A stretch of 64,000 nucleotides of DNA from Nitrosopumilus sp. (lineage in GTDB: Archaea > Thermoproteota > Nitrososphaeria > Nitrososphaerales > Nitrosopumilaceae), in assembly GCA_965207445.1 (NCBI GenBank), contig CBDBLX010000002.1, positions 32,001 to 96,000 on the forward strand, written 5' to 3'. Shown here piece after piece: positions 21,229 through 31,242 of the stretch. The notes beneath the pieces were generated by a model, which worked only from the letters and a program-made list of their open reading frames with translations, was not told the DNA's origin and ran no database searches. The stretch's first letter is position 1. Each line of letters begins with the position of its first letter. A program made the position numbers and the translations under genes.

Positions 21229-21868
21229 CAGGGGCCAGTCAATTGAAGATGAAAGCATGCGCATCATCGACTCTGAAATTGATGGTAAGAGCATATATGG
21301 TGAGAAAGAGTGGAAGATAGTAAGACGTGTGATACATGCAACAGCAGACTTTGATTTTGCTACAGATGGCAAGATCATATTTTACCACAATGCAGTAAAA
21401 AGTGGCATGCAGGCACTCAAAAATAGATGTAACATCATAATTGATGTAAATGGAGTGATAGGTGGACTCAACAAGCAAAATCCAAAAGACTTTGGAAACG
21501 AGATAATATGTAAGATATCAGACCCTCAGATAGCACAGATGGCAAGGGAAATGTCTCTGACTAGATCACAGACTGCCATGCGCATGTTAGCCGACGAGAT
21601 GAATGGTGGTATAGTAGCAATCGGCAATGCACCTACGGCACTCAGAGAGGTCATAAAGATGACAAGGGAAAAAGTTACAAAACCAGCGCTAGTGATAGGC
21701 ATGCCTGTGGGTTTTGTTGATGCAGCAGAGTCAAAACACGAATTATCAACACTGCAAGATGATAATATACCATTTATTACAAATGTAGGTAGAAAGGGAG
21801 GAAGTCCGGCCACATCTGCTATAATAAATGCCATGTATAAGATGATCAGAGAAGAAACTGCAAATTAA
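21215..21868 (+). CDS. cbiC: Precorrin-8X methylmutase
   Basis: RRVIHATADF, IGNAPTAL, GMPVGFV, GRKGGS. Confidence 0.93.
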   Translation: MSQTNRGQSIEDESMRIIDSEIDGKSIYGEKEWKIVRRVIHATADFDFATDGKIIFYHNAVKSGMQALKNRCNIIIDVNGVIGGLNKQNPKDFGNEIICKISDPQIAQMAREMSLTRSQTAMRMLADEMNGGIVAIGNAPTALREVIKMTREKVTKPALVIGMPVGFVDAAESKHELSTLQDDNIPFITNVGRKGGSPATSAIINAMYKMIREETAN

Positions 21869-21905
21869 AATGGTATATGGTATTGAAATTTTATGCCATG
21901 TATTG

Positions 21906-21965
21906 CGATGGCATTACGATGGCATTACGATGGCATTACGATGGCATTACGATGGCATTACGATG
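21906..21965. repeat. 11-bp tandem repeat (CGATGGCATTA) x5 plus partial
   Basis: Read directly; intergenic between convergent genes. Confidence 0.95.
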
Positions 21966-22054
21966 TTATACTACCACATGATATTATCATATTATACTAT
22001 CATATAATACATATATACAAATCAATATACTAAAAATTATTTATAAACATTCAA

Positions 22055-23584
22055 TCAACGTCTCTTGTATGTCTTTGAGTTTTCAACAAACATGTATGCA
22101 AATGCCGACATATCAAAGTACAAATGTCCATATGCTGCAAGTGTATTATACATCATAATACCATCTCGATATCTCCATATTCCCATATTGCGTGATTTTA
22201 CCTCTTCATCACTATTATGAAAATACGAGGCACGATATTCATCATCCGCATTATCTAATATCATACATAATTTGGCATCACGTGGAACATGAATCATCTT
22301 TGAGTAATGAAACTCGTGTCCCCTGAACGCATGTTTTTTACCACCCGTAATTGGCGTATACGAATCAATCATACCTTTAGTATATCCCAAGACTGGCCTT
22401 TTTGTCATTACAACACTGGGATCAAAGAGTCCCACCATCTTGTGCTTTGTGCCTTTCTGTGTTGTGATATCTTTGCAAAGATACATCAACCCACCACACT
22501 CAGCATATATTGGAGCCTCATCTTCTGCTGCGCGTTTTATTGATTTCATCATTGATTCGTTACGCTCTAGTTGCTCTGATAGTATCTCTGGAAAACCACC
22601 TCCAATGTATACACCATCGCATGCAGGTAGTTTCTTATCTGACACTGGACTAAAAAATATCAACTCTGCGCCCTCACGATATAATGCATCCAAGTTATCC
22701 TGATAATAGAAATTAAAAGAGTTATCCAATGCCACTGCAATAACTGGTTTATTACTATTTTTGGCCTTGTGCGGTATGGTACGTGGTTTTAACGATGAGA
22801 GTCCCAAATGTTGCGGTATGGTACGATTAATTTTTTTGCGAATAGTAGACGTTTGATTAGAAGATGCCATATGAGACAGAGGCGGCGGCAAGGGTCGCAC
22901 ACACGAAGATAATAAATCCAGTATACGGCTTGTATCTAATTTTATAGACTTTGCAATATCTTGTATACGCTCTTGCAATATAGTATGGTCTATAGTAGAG
23001 TCTAGTCCTAGATGCCGCTCTTTTAATTTCAAAGACTCGTCTCTGTGAATTGTTCCCAATATTGGAATATTCAAATCACTAAATGCATCCCAACAAATAT
23101 TTTGGTGTTTGTAGCTTGCTAATCGGTTCAATATCACACCTATGATTCTAGAGTTTTTTTTGAATGCCTTGAATCCTAAAGCAACAGCAGCTACTGAGCG
23201 TGCAGCCTTTGAGGCATCAACAACTAGTATGACAGGTGAGCGTGTGATTGATGAGACTTGAAAAGTACTAGCAAGATCAGTTTTACCATCATGTCCATCA
23301 TAGTATCCCATTACTCCCTCAATTACAGATATGTCCGAATTTTTTGAGTGAGTGAGAAAGCTCTCCAGTAACCTATTTTTACTACCCATAATCCAAGTGT
23401 CCAAATTATGTGCAGGACGTCCTGCTGCTACACCCAGATATAACGGATCAATATAATCAGGCCCAACTTTAAAGGGTGATACAGTAAATCCTTTATTTCT
23501 CAACTCGTTGATTATAGCACATGTGATGGTGGTCTTGCCGACACCACTTGATGCGCCTGCAATAATCAATCGTTTATTGCTCAT
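22055..23584 (-). CDS. cobB: Cobyrinate a,c-diamide synthase
   Basis: SGVGKTT, FKVGPDYID, IEGVMG, AECGGLMYL, GHEFHYS; likely start MSNKR at 23584. Confidence 0.95.
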   Translation of the reverse strand: MSNKRLIIAGASSGVGKTTITCAIINELRNKGFTVSPFKVGPDYIDPLYLGVAAGRPAHNLDTWIMGSKNRLLESFLTHSKNSDISVIEGVMGYYDGHDGKTDLASTFQVSSITRSPVILVVDASKAARSVAAVALGFKAFKKNSRIIGVILNRLASYKHQNICWDAFSDLNIPILGTIHRDESLKLKERHLGLDSTIDHTILQERIQDIAKSIKLDTSRILDLLSSCVRPLPPPLSHMASSNQTSTIRKKINRTIPQHLGLSSLKPRTIPHKAKNSNKPVIAVALDNSFNFYYQDNLDALYREGAELIFFSPVSDKKLPACDGVYIGGGFPEILSEQLERNESMMKSIKRAAEDEAPIYAECGGLMYLCKDITTQKGTKHKMVGLFDPSVVMTKRPVLGYTKGMIDSYTPITGGKKHAFRGHEFHYSKMIHVPRDAKLCMILDNADDEYRASYFHNSDEEVKSRNMGIWRYRDGIMMYNTLAAYGHLYFDMSAFAYMFVENSKTYKRR

Positions 23585-23824
23585 GTGTATGTATGATAAC
23601 AATTCTAATAATATCTTGTTGTTTAGAATGTGCATGGGAAAAGATGATGGACTAGTTATAGTGTATACAGGTAGGTGGTAAAGGCAAGACTACAGCGGCA
23701 CTCGGAATGGCATTACGTGCAGTAGGACATCAAAAGTGTGTATGTATGGTACAGTTCATCAAGGGGTCGTGGAGTTATGGTGAGATGTACTCTTCTAAAT
23801 TGTTAGAGCCACAGTTTGAGATGA
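23245..23824. repeat. ~580-bp direct duplication, copy 1 (cobB 5' end plus frameshifted, truncated cobO 5' end)
   Basis: Near-identical to 24357-24935; extra A in ACAGGTAGGTGG. Confidence 0.92.
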
Positions 23825-23892
23825 GTGTGAAGTTGTAGAGATGGACGGTTCTTTAGCAGATGGCACTATAAGAGGTTATAGTGAGTGGCCTG

Positions 23893-24064
23893 GTAACCGT
23901 CCAACCCCCGTAACCTGCGCCAGACGTTAGGCGGTGAATTTGTGCCTAAATTTGGGAAGGGGTTGGTAACCGTTCAACCTCCGTACTTGCGCCAGACGTT
24001 AGTCGGTGAATTTGTGCCTAAATTTGGGAGGGAGTTGAACGGTTACAAGGGGTTGAACGGTTAC
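23893..24064. mobile_element. 81-bp MITE with a second 81-bp MITE (23966-24046) nested in its right TIR
   Basis: 9-bp TSD AAGGGGTTG at 23957-23965 and 24047-24055. Confidence 0.92.
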
Positions 24065-24356
24065 CATTTTTATAATGGCAAAATCTATAATGGTTGTTAT
24101 CAATCCCGTTGCTGTCCACAAAGGGCCGCAGTTTTTTTCAGAATTTTTTTATCAAAGCCACATAAAGACTATCTGGGTTTCAGCCGCATGCTTTGTCCAA
24201 TTCTGGACTGCATGTATCTTTTTATTTAATAGTTTGTAAGAGATGTTGGTTGACGATCCCGGTGTAGTTTACTAGGCTACTCCACTTTTTTCAGAATCTT
24301 TTTTAATATATCTAAACCTAGCATGTATATGCAGTATCATGAGATGTGTACTGTAT

Positions 24357-24935
24357 TGATTGATGAGACTTGAAAAGTACTAGCAAGATCAGTTTTGCCA
24401 TCATGTCCATCATAGTATCCCATTACTCCCTCAATTACAGATATGTCCGAATTTTTTGAGTGAGTGAGAAAGCTCTCCAGTAACCTATTTTTACTACCCA
24501 TAATCCAAGTGTCCAAATTATGTGCAGGACGTCCTGCTGCTACACCCAGATATAACGGATCAATATAATCAGGCCCAACTTTAAAGGGCGAGACAGTAAA
24601 TCCTTTATTTCTCAACTCGTTGATTATAGCACATGTGATGGTGGTCTTACCGACACCACTTGATGCGCCTGCAATAATCAATCGTTTATTGCTCATGTGT
24701 ATGTATGATAACAATTCTAATAATATCTTGTTGTTTAGAATGTGCATGGGAAAAGATGACAGACTAGTTATAGTGTATACAGGTGGTGGTAAAGGCAAGA
24801 CTACAGCGGCACTCGGAATGGCATTACGTGCAATAGGACATCAAAAGTGTGTATGTATGGTACAGTTCATCAAGGGGTCGTGGAGTTATGGTGAGATGTA
24901 CTCTTCTAAATTATTAGAGCCACAGTTTGAGATGA
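24357..24935. repeat. ~580-bp direct duplication, copy 2 (truncated cobB 5' end plus start of intact cobO)
   Basis: Near-identical to 23245-23824. Confidence 0.92.
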
Positions 24936-25294
24936 TTGCAGCAGGAAAAGGTTTTGTTGGGATTATAGATGATCACAGTCCCCGAGAAGAGCACCAAAAG
25001 ATTGCAAGGCAAGCATTAGAGTTGGCAAAAGAAAAGATACAGTGCGGCAAGTATGATATTGTGATATTAGATGAGATAAACTATGCAATTGACCTAGGAT
25101 TGGTAGAATTGGCAGATGTGCTTGATGTTATAGATGCACGTGGTGGTGGTGATAGTAGCACTACAACAATAGTACTAACTGGTAATCGCGCCCCCAAAGA
25201 GATCATTGAGCAAGCAGACTTGGTGACAGAGATGAAGGAGATCAAGCATCCATTCAAAAAAGGAATAAAGGCAAAAAAGGGTATCGACTTTTAG
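24746..25294 (+). CDS. cobO: Cob(I)yrinic acid a,c-diamide adenosyltransferase
   Basis: VYTGGGKGKTTAALG, VQFIKG, ILDEI, ADLVTEM, KHPF; ATG at 24746. Confidence 0.95.
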   Translation: MGKDDRLVIVYTGGGKGKTTAALGMALRAIGHQKCVCMVQFIKGSWSYGEMYSSKLLEPQFEMIAAGKGFVGIIDDHSPREEHQKIARQALELAKEKIQCGKYDIVILDEINYAIDLGLVELADVLDVIDARGGGDSSTTTIVLTGNRAPKEIIEQADLVTEMKEIKHPFKKGIKAKKGIDF

Positions 25295-25328
25295 AAACTG
25301 TTTAATGTGCCCAAGACAACATATCTAC

Positions 25329-26162
25329 ATGTCTACTACCACAACAACAACAACAGATGACAATGTACCAGAACAAGGCGAGATTGTAATTGCGACTGTC
25401 ACAAAAGTGATGGATCATGGAGCATACGTGTCACTAGACGAATATGATGGAGTACAGGGATTTTTACACATCTCAGAGATTGCACCAGGATGGATACGCT
25501 CTATTAACAAACATGTCAAAAATGGCGAGAAAAAGGTACTAGTAGTCAAAAAGGTAAATCCCCACAGAGGTGATATTGACTTGTCACTCAAGCAGATCTC
25601 AAAGGATCAAAGAAAACAGAAACTCAAAGAGGTAAAGAGGTACGAAAAGGGCAATACACTATTACAAAATGTACAAGACAAGCTAAATCTGAGTGAGGAG
25701 GACATTACAAAATTAGAGGACAAGATATACACAAAGTTTGACTCTGTGTATGATGCGTTCATAGAGATAGGGCGTAGAGGTGAGGGTGTAGTTGAGAATA
25801 TGCAAATTGATGATAAAATTGTGCAAGTTATGTTAGATGTGGCATCAAAAATCAAACTACCATCAGTTGAGATTAGAGGAGTAATGGAGATAACAAGTAG
25901 TAGACCCAATGGTGTAGAGGTGATAAAAGAGGTATTACAGGGTGCTGCTGCAATATCAGATAACAAAGACAGTACAACAGAAAAGACAGAGATCACTTAT
26001 TTGGGCGCGCCAAAATATAGACTGTCAGTTATATCAGAGGATTTCAAATCTGCCGAAAAGTCACTAAAACCAATAGTAGCAGAGATTCAGTCACGTATCG
26101 AAAAGAAAAAGGGCACATTTAGTTTTACGCGAGAAGAGTCAAAAAAGACGAGGGATAACTAG
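25329..26162 (+). CDS. eif2a: Translation initiation factor 2 alpha subunit
   Basis: S1 domain PEQGEIV..GFLHISEI, IDLSLK, YLGAPKY. Confidence 0.95.
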   Translation: MSTTTTTTTDDNVPEQGEIVIATVTKVMDHGAYVSLDEYDGVQGFLHISEIAPGWIRSINKHVKNGEKKVLVVKKVNPHRGDIDLSLKQISKDQRKQKLKEVKRYEKGNTLLQNVQDKLNLSEEDITKLEDKIYTKFDSVYDAFIEIGRRGEGVVENMQIDDKIVQVMLDVASKIKLPSVEIRGVMEITSSRPNGVEVIKEVLQGAAAISDNKDSTTEKTEITYLGAPKYRLSVISEDFKSAEKSLKPIVAEIQSRIEKKKGTFSFTREESKKTRDN

Positions 26163-26335
26163 TGCGTTTTTTATTGCGTAGATGTGTCTCATGCAAAAAG
26201 TACACATTAAAAGTCAAATGTCCCACATGTGATGCAGATACAGTGTCAGCACATCCTGCCAAATATTCACCTGATGACAAATATGCCAGATACAGGCTAG
26301 CATCAAGATACAACTCTGAGAGTAAGGGTGTATAG
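26162..26335 (+). CDS. nop10: H/ACA RNP protein Nop10 (not in ORF track)
   Basis: GTG start; MRFLLRRCVSCKKYTLKVKCPTC..HPAKYSPDDKYARYR; directly after eIF2 alpha. Confidence 0.93.
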   Translation: MRFLLRRCVSCKKYTLKVKCPTCDADTVSAHPAKYSPDDKYARYRLASRYNSESKGV

Positions 26336-26382
26336 TTCACCGATTAATCACAAATACGGTGTAAAAATAATTATATGTGTAT

Positions 26383-26853
26383 TTAATCAGGAGAGTATTT
26401 GCCACGCAGTTGCGCGCTAGCCAGTATATGTGGCTTTATTGCATCTTCTAACTGTTTTTTTGTCGTAGTGGCGGGAAGATCAAGTATTGCATCCAAGGCA
26501 TAAAGCGTAAAGATGTAAGTGTGTTCTTTGTCAGGGGGTGCGGGTCCACCATACCCAGTAGTTCCAAAGTCCGTGACACCTTGTATTGAGCAGTTAGGCG
26601 CAGAGTTCTCTTTGATTTGAGTCGTATCAGGTAGGATATTCCAGACTATCCAATGAGACCATACTTTGCCTGCAGGTTTCATAGCATCAGGATCATCCAT
26701 TATCAGAGCAAGTGATTTTGCATCAGAGGGAATACCAGTGAATGAGAGTTGTGGACTATGATTGTCGTTTTTGTATCCATGTTTTTTTGGAATCTGTCCA
26801 TTGTTCTCAAACGCATCACTTGTTATTGTGATATGTGTCATATATGATATCAC
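26383..26853 (-). CDS. YbhB/YbcL (PEBP) family protein
   Basis: MDDPDA, WSHW, GYGGPAPP, HTYIFTLYALD. Confidence 0.92.
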   Translation of the reverse strand: MISYMTHITITSDAFENNGQIPKKHGYKNDNHSPQLSFTGIPSDAKSLALIMDDPDAMKPAGKVWSHWIVWNILPDTTQIKENSAPNCSIQGVTDFGTTGYGGPAPPDKEHTYIFTLYALDAILDLPATTTKKQLEDAIKPHILASAQLRGKYSPD

Positions 26854-26891
26854 AGAGTACTAAAATTAAGGGTTTCTTTTATTAAATAATA

Positions 26892-27281
26892 TCATACATG
26901 AGACTCTAAAACAATATTATCATTTGAAAATGACATTATTGTGCACCCACACCCTACAAGTGTTCGTTTTAGCTGTCTGTCCATTGTCGCTACTATAAGA
27001 TTACCATCATGTCTTTGCGCGTAAGAGATGATTGCATCATCTGCATTAATAATATTGTCAGATATCGATATGGTTTCAAATCCTTTGATGTATGATAATG
27101 TCTGTTTTGCATCTTCCTGCTTGGTATCATTGTGCTTTGATATATGAATTAATTCGTCTAAAACTACACGTGGGACTACAAACGATACATCACCTATCTC
27201 TTGGCCTAGTCTGTCAATGTTTCTGATTCGCCTAGTGGCCAGATGCATCAAAAAGCTAGTATCACATATAACATCAGTCAA
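26892..27281 (-). CDS. PIN-domain protein (Fcf1/Utp24-like)
   Basis: DTSFLM, VLDEL, ADDAI, VATMD; coupled to eIF2 gamma. Confidence 0.85.
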   Translation of the reverse strand: MTDVICDTSFLMHLATRRIRNIDRLGQEIGDVSFVVPRVVLDELIHISKHNDTKQEDAKQTLSYIKGFETISISDNIINADDAIISYAQRHDGNLIVATMDRQLKRTLVGCGCTIMSFSNDNIVLESHV

Positions 27282-28551
27282 CTATACCTGCGCCAATCAG
27301 TCTCCACCGATCAGCTATCCTCCTGCTGATTGCAACACGGCCGCCCTCAAATACACATACAGGGCGCTTTAACTCGACCTCTATCACATTGCTATCCCCA
27401 CCTACTCGCAAACGCGTTACCTGACCAGGTATGGGCGCTGTTCCAATATTCAAGCGCAACATTTCACCTGTCTGAATGGGTTTGATCTTTACATCCTTCG
27501 TAGTACCTACTGCCGAATCAAATAGACTAATTGACATTTTTAGCACAGTTGTACTCTGAGGGAGTGTATCAGGATGACCAATAACAGATCCTATGAAAGA
27601 GTCGCTGCGCGTCATAGATGGGTCTAGTTTAGTGCCAATTGCAACAAGTCCACCAGGTTTTACTGACTCTACAGTACCTGCTCCTGTTCCTAGTGATGTG
27701 ATCTCAGTAATTAGTGGCGTGTACTGTCCTTTGCGTTTTTCAGATATTATACCCGGTTTTATCTCGATCTCATCGCCCACATTAAATACACCCTGAGTTA
27801 AACTACCGCCTATCACACCACCCTTTATCTTGTTTATACTAGTACCAGGACGGTTCACATCAAATGAGCGCAATACATGCATTACAGTGTTTTTGCTCTC
27901 ATCACGGTCAGGTGTCTGGATAGTGGACTCTATTGCGCCAATCAACGCATCAACATTAAGTGATGATTGTGCAGACACTGGAATTATGGGTGGATTTTTC
28001 ACATGTGTTTTATCTAGAAAATTTACAATGTCTTTGTGGTTTGCCAAGGCGTCTTGATATGTTAATAGATCTACTTTGTTCTGTATGACTACAATCTGTT
28101 TTATTCCTAGTGTTTGAAGTGCTAGCATGTGTTCTTTTGTCTGAGATCTTGGAACGTGTTCATTTGCTGCAACCAAAAGGAGGGCGCCATCCATCAAAGC
28201 AGAACCAGATAACATATTTGCCATCAAACTCTCATGTCCCGGACTATCAACAAAACTCACTACTCGGGTAAGTTCACTATCATCGCTACAGTGATTGCAT
28301 TTAGAAGTGGTAGAGTATCCCCCAGGCTCATCACAACTAGCACACTTGTAAAATGCCGCATCAGAGTATCCCACACGTATAGTTATGCCTCGCTTTAGTT
28401 CTTGGCTGTGCACACTAGTCCATGAACCAGTAAGTGCTTGAATCAAAGTAGTCTTGCCATGATCAACGTGTCCGGCCGTTCCTATGTTTACACAGGGCTG
28501 ATAGCCGAATTTTTTTATGTACCAATCAGGGAGTGTGTCACGCCAATGCAT
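27274..28551 (-). CDS. eif2g: Translation initiation factor 2 gamma subunit
   Basis: GHVDHGKT, RGITI, DSPGH, NKVD, WRLIG. Confidence 0.97.
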   Translation of the reverse strand: MHWRDTLPDWYIKKFGYQPCVNIGTAGHVDHGKTTLIQALTGSWTSVHSQELKRGITIRVGYSDAAFYKCASCDEPGGYSTTSKCNHCSDDSELTRVVSFVDSPGHESLMANMLSGSALMDGALLLVAANEHVPRSQTKEHMLALQTLGIKQIVVIQNKVDLLTYQDALANHKDIVNFLDKTHVKNPPIIPVSAQSSLNVDALIGAIESTIQTPDRDESKNTVMHVLRSFDVNRPGTSINKIKGGVIGGSLTQGVFNVGDEIEIKPGIISEKRKGQYTPLITEITSLGTGAGTVESVKPGGLVAIGTKLDPSMTRSDSFIGSVIGHPDTLPQSTTVLKMSISLFDSAVGTTKDVKIKPIQTGEMLRLNIGTAPIPGQVTRLRVGGDSNVIEVELKRPVCVFEGGRVAISRRIADRWRLIGAGIVD

Positions 28552-28647
28552 AGTAAAAGTCGTGAATTATAGTATGTTAAGTTTGTTTTGGAAGAAGGGT
28601 ATTTTATGGGTGTTTTTGTTTTTGTATAAGACAAGTAAATTTGAGAC

Positions 28648-29028
28648 TTAGGATTTATCATCAGGGCTTTCTTGTTTTTCTTCTGGGAATTCTCCATCAT
28701 ACCTACAGTTAATCTGGTAAATCTCTTCGGATACTGTATTTCCACGCATAAGTTTGCGGACACGTTGTCCTTTTTCTGCTGCTTGCAATCCCACACCTTT
28801 TGAGAGTAGTACATACTTTCTAGCAGCCCCGTGTATGTCATTGCGCATAGGCACACCAGACTTGTCGCTACCGCCTGTCAGTATGATCTTGCCAGATAAC
28901 CCAACTATAGTAGCGTCAGTTTCTGCTCCTAGTTGAAGTCCTAGTAGTGGAATAGCATCAGAGTCCTTTAGCTCTTTTGAGATCGATTTTCCTTTAGAGT
29001 CAGATATGGTCACTTTGAAATTTGCCAT
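28648..29028 (-). CDS. rps6e: 30S ribosomal protein S6e
   Basis: LTGGSDKSGVPMR, RKLMRGN; upstream of eIF2 gamma. Confidence 0.95.
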   Translation of the reverse strand: MANFKVTISDSKGKSISKELKDSDAIPLLGLQLGAETDATIVGLSGKIILTGGSDKSGVPMRNDIHGAARKYVLLSKGVGLQAAEKGQRVRKLMRGNTVSEEIYQINCRYDGEFPEEKQESPDDKS

Positions 29029-29076
29029 ATATACATTGAGAATAGAAAGCTAATAATCCTTTGCTTCAACTGGTTC

Positions 29077-29700
29077 GTAACCGTTCACCTATGTTAATCC
29101 CCCAAACGTGGTTGAGTCCAGTCTGTCGTTGCATTTTTGTTCCATACCTATAGCAACGAGCATAAGTCCAGGTGTGCCAATTTTACACGATTTTATGCCT
29201 GAAAAGATCATATGTAAAAATATTATATTTTGAAAACGTTACATCTGTTTTTAATATGAATAGAAATATTTCAGATATGCATTGTAACAAGTGCAGTGTT
29301 TGTACCATGCCCCAAAAAATTAGTACTTTATATTTTACTAGTTTGTAATTGGCAAATATGCCGCGTTACCGCAAAAAATTTTGCAGTCGTTTAGGCGTGC
29401 CTATTTTTGGGAAAGTTTTAAATGATCAAATTATTTACTAGGGTATGGACCTGCTTGAACAGTTGTTGAACATACGAAAAACCGAAAAAGACGGTCGTGT
29501 CGTACGCAGATTGTGCATGTTAATTTTATTTTTTAGTTTGGGCATATTTAGTGATACTGAACGAAAACACAGCTACGATAGAAGAACAGTTGCAATGTGG
29601 TGACACAGATTAAAGGCTGCAAGAAAGACACCAAAAGGTATCCGAGATGCATTATCAGACAGGCTCAGGTCAGGATGGCCAACTTACCTGCGTCATCTAG
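29077..29700 (+). mobile_element. IS debris: orphan IS66-type end at 29077 and IS630-like HTH transposase 5' remnant from 29445
   Basis: GTAACCGTTCACC; MDLLEQLLNIRKTEKDGRVVRRL then frameshift and stop. Confidence 0.45.
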
Positions 29701-29904
29701 TCACAACACCTAAAATTTGACATCATATCAACTGCTAAAATTTACATGACTCACAATTCGGACTATCATGCCCATCACCTTACACCTAGACATAATTAAT
29801 TCGGGGTTATCCTCTGTGATATCATTAATTGACCCGTGCTGGCGTGCTTGTTTATGATCATCAATAATTAGACCTGAATGCTTACGATCTAGAAGCGCCT
29901 TTTC

Positions 29905-29985
29905 GTAACCGTTCAACCTCTTCCCAAATTTAGGCACAGACTCACCGCCTAACATCTGGTGCAGGCACGGGGGTTGAATGGTTAC
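29905..29985. mobile_element. 81-bp IS66-type MITE upstream of the cas operon
   Basis: 9-bp TSD CGCCTTTTC at 29896-29904 and 29986-29994. Confidence 0.93.
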
Positions 29986-30034
29986 CGCCTTTTCCATCAA
30001 ATGGTTAATAAGGGATAAAATCCAGGCTCGCCAT

Positions 30035-31237
30035 ATGAAGATTAATCAGATGATAGAATATGTGGAAAAATCCAATGCAATACGTCGTATCCGTCACCTA
30101 CAACCCATTGGTGGGGAAGGAAGTTATGTCGCACCCCCCACATATCTAGACAGTAATAAAAAGCCCGTACATGTCTTTGAAAGGCGTAGAATTACAGGTA
30201 ATGATACACAGTGTGTATTGCTAGACAGTGTACAATCACAAGCCAATAGATTTGAGGAAGCATTATCACAAGCATTACAGGTAGGGGAGCTAGCCATACC
30301 AGATGTACAGGTTGATTTCCGTGATGCTGTAGAGGATGTAGGAATCATATCGTCATTACGCGCACCCCACAGGATATTCGACGCGATCATACGAGACTCC
30401 AAACTTGGTTCAGAGGAATTTTCTAAGACTGAGATTGGTAGAGATATAGACAAGGCAACGCCACGTAATGCGCTGGCACTGTTTCGCTTCTCTCCCACTA
30501 CCCTTATTTTTGGAGGATGGAACTCTAGTGGAGACAGAGGGGGAAATGGGCCGCGATTTCAGCGGTGTATTGTGTCAGAGATAATTGGCATAGATGTTCC
30601 AGTCACCACCACGCAGGACAACAAGAACGGGCAGATCACAACCATGCCAGAGGGCAAAAAGCCGTCCAGTAGAATTGATCCCTTAGAGATCGAAAAGACG
30701 AACATCTTCAAATCCAACACATTAAAATCTGAATGGTCACATAGTGAGTTCCAAAATAGCACAAAAGCCAAACCATCAGATGTAATGCACGGAAACATTC
30801 CCCCACAGATCGCCAACCAAGGGGTAACAATAGACTACGCACAGCAGACCACCACGATAACGTTTGCTGGAATTAGAAAATTGTCATTTCCAGATGAGAG
30901 TGGCAAGACCACGCACGAACGAGATGTGGCAGCATGGACTACGCTTGTCGCGCTGGCACTATGTGCAATCACTGAAAACGACAAGAAAGGCTACGCATTA
31001 AGATCAAGATGTGACCTATACCCAAAATCCAGCAAGACAGAGATAGTACACAACAACGGCGACATAGATGAAGTTGACATTACAGTTGAAGACTCAAAGA
31101 AACTGCTTGATGAGACCACTGCAACAGCAAAAGAATTTGGTCTGCCCTGGGAGACTGAGCCCATAATACTATCGCCGCAGGAAAAACTTGTAGACCTCAT
31201 AAAAAAATCCAGAAGTCTCATCCCCACACCGGACTAG
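30035..31237 (+). CDS. csb1: Type I-G Cas7 (Csb1)
   Basis: LLDSVQSQANRFE, APHRIFD, PTTLIFGGWNS, LRSRCDL; ATG 30035 about 25 nt after TTAATAA. Confidence 0.93.
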   Translation: MKINQMIEYVEKSNAIRRIRHLQPIGGEGSYVAPPTYLDSNKKPVHVFERRRITGNDTQCVLLDSVQSQANRFEEALSQALQVGELAIPDVQVDFRDAVEDVGIISSLRAPHRIFDAIIRDSKLGSEEFSKTEIGRDIDKATPRNALALFRFSPTTLIFGGWNSSGDRGGNGPRFQRCIVSEIIGIDVPVTTTQDNKNGQITTMPEGKKPSSRIDPLEIEKTNIFKSNTLKSEWSHSEFQNSTKAKPSDVMHGNIPPQIANQGVTIDYAQQTTTITFAGIRKLSFPDESGKTTHERDVAAWTTLVALALCAITENDKKGYALRSRCDLYPKSSKTEIVHNNGDIDEVDITVEDSKKLLDETTATAKEFGLPWETEPIILSPQEKLVDLIKKSRSLIPTPD

Positions 31238-31242
31238 TAGAA

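Noticed and set aside
24337..24798. Second cobB gene
   Set aside because: Truncated copy produced by the 580-bp duplication
29728..30034. 90-aa minus ORF and N-terminal extension of csb1 from 29978
   Set aside because: Both run through or start in the MITE; ATG 30035 fits the TATA spacing better
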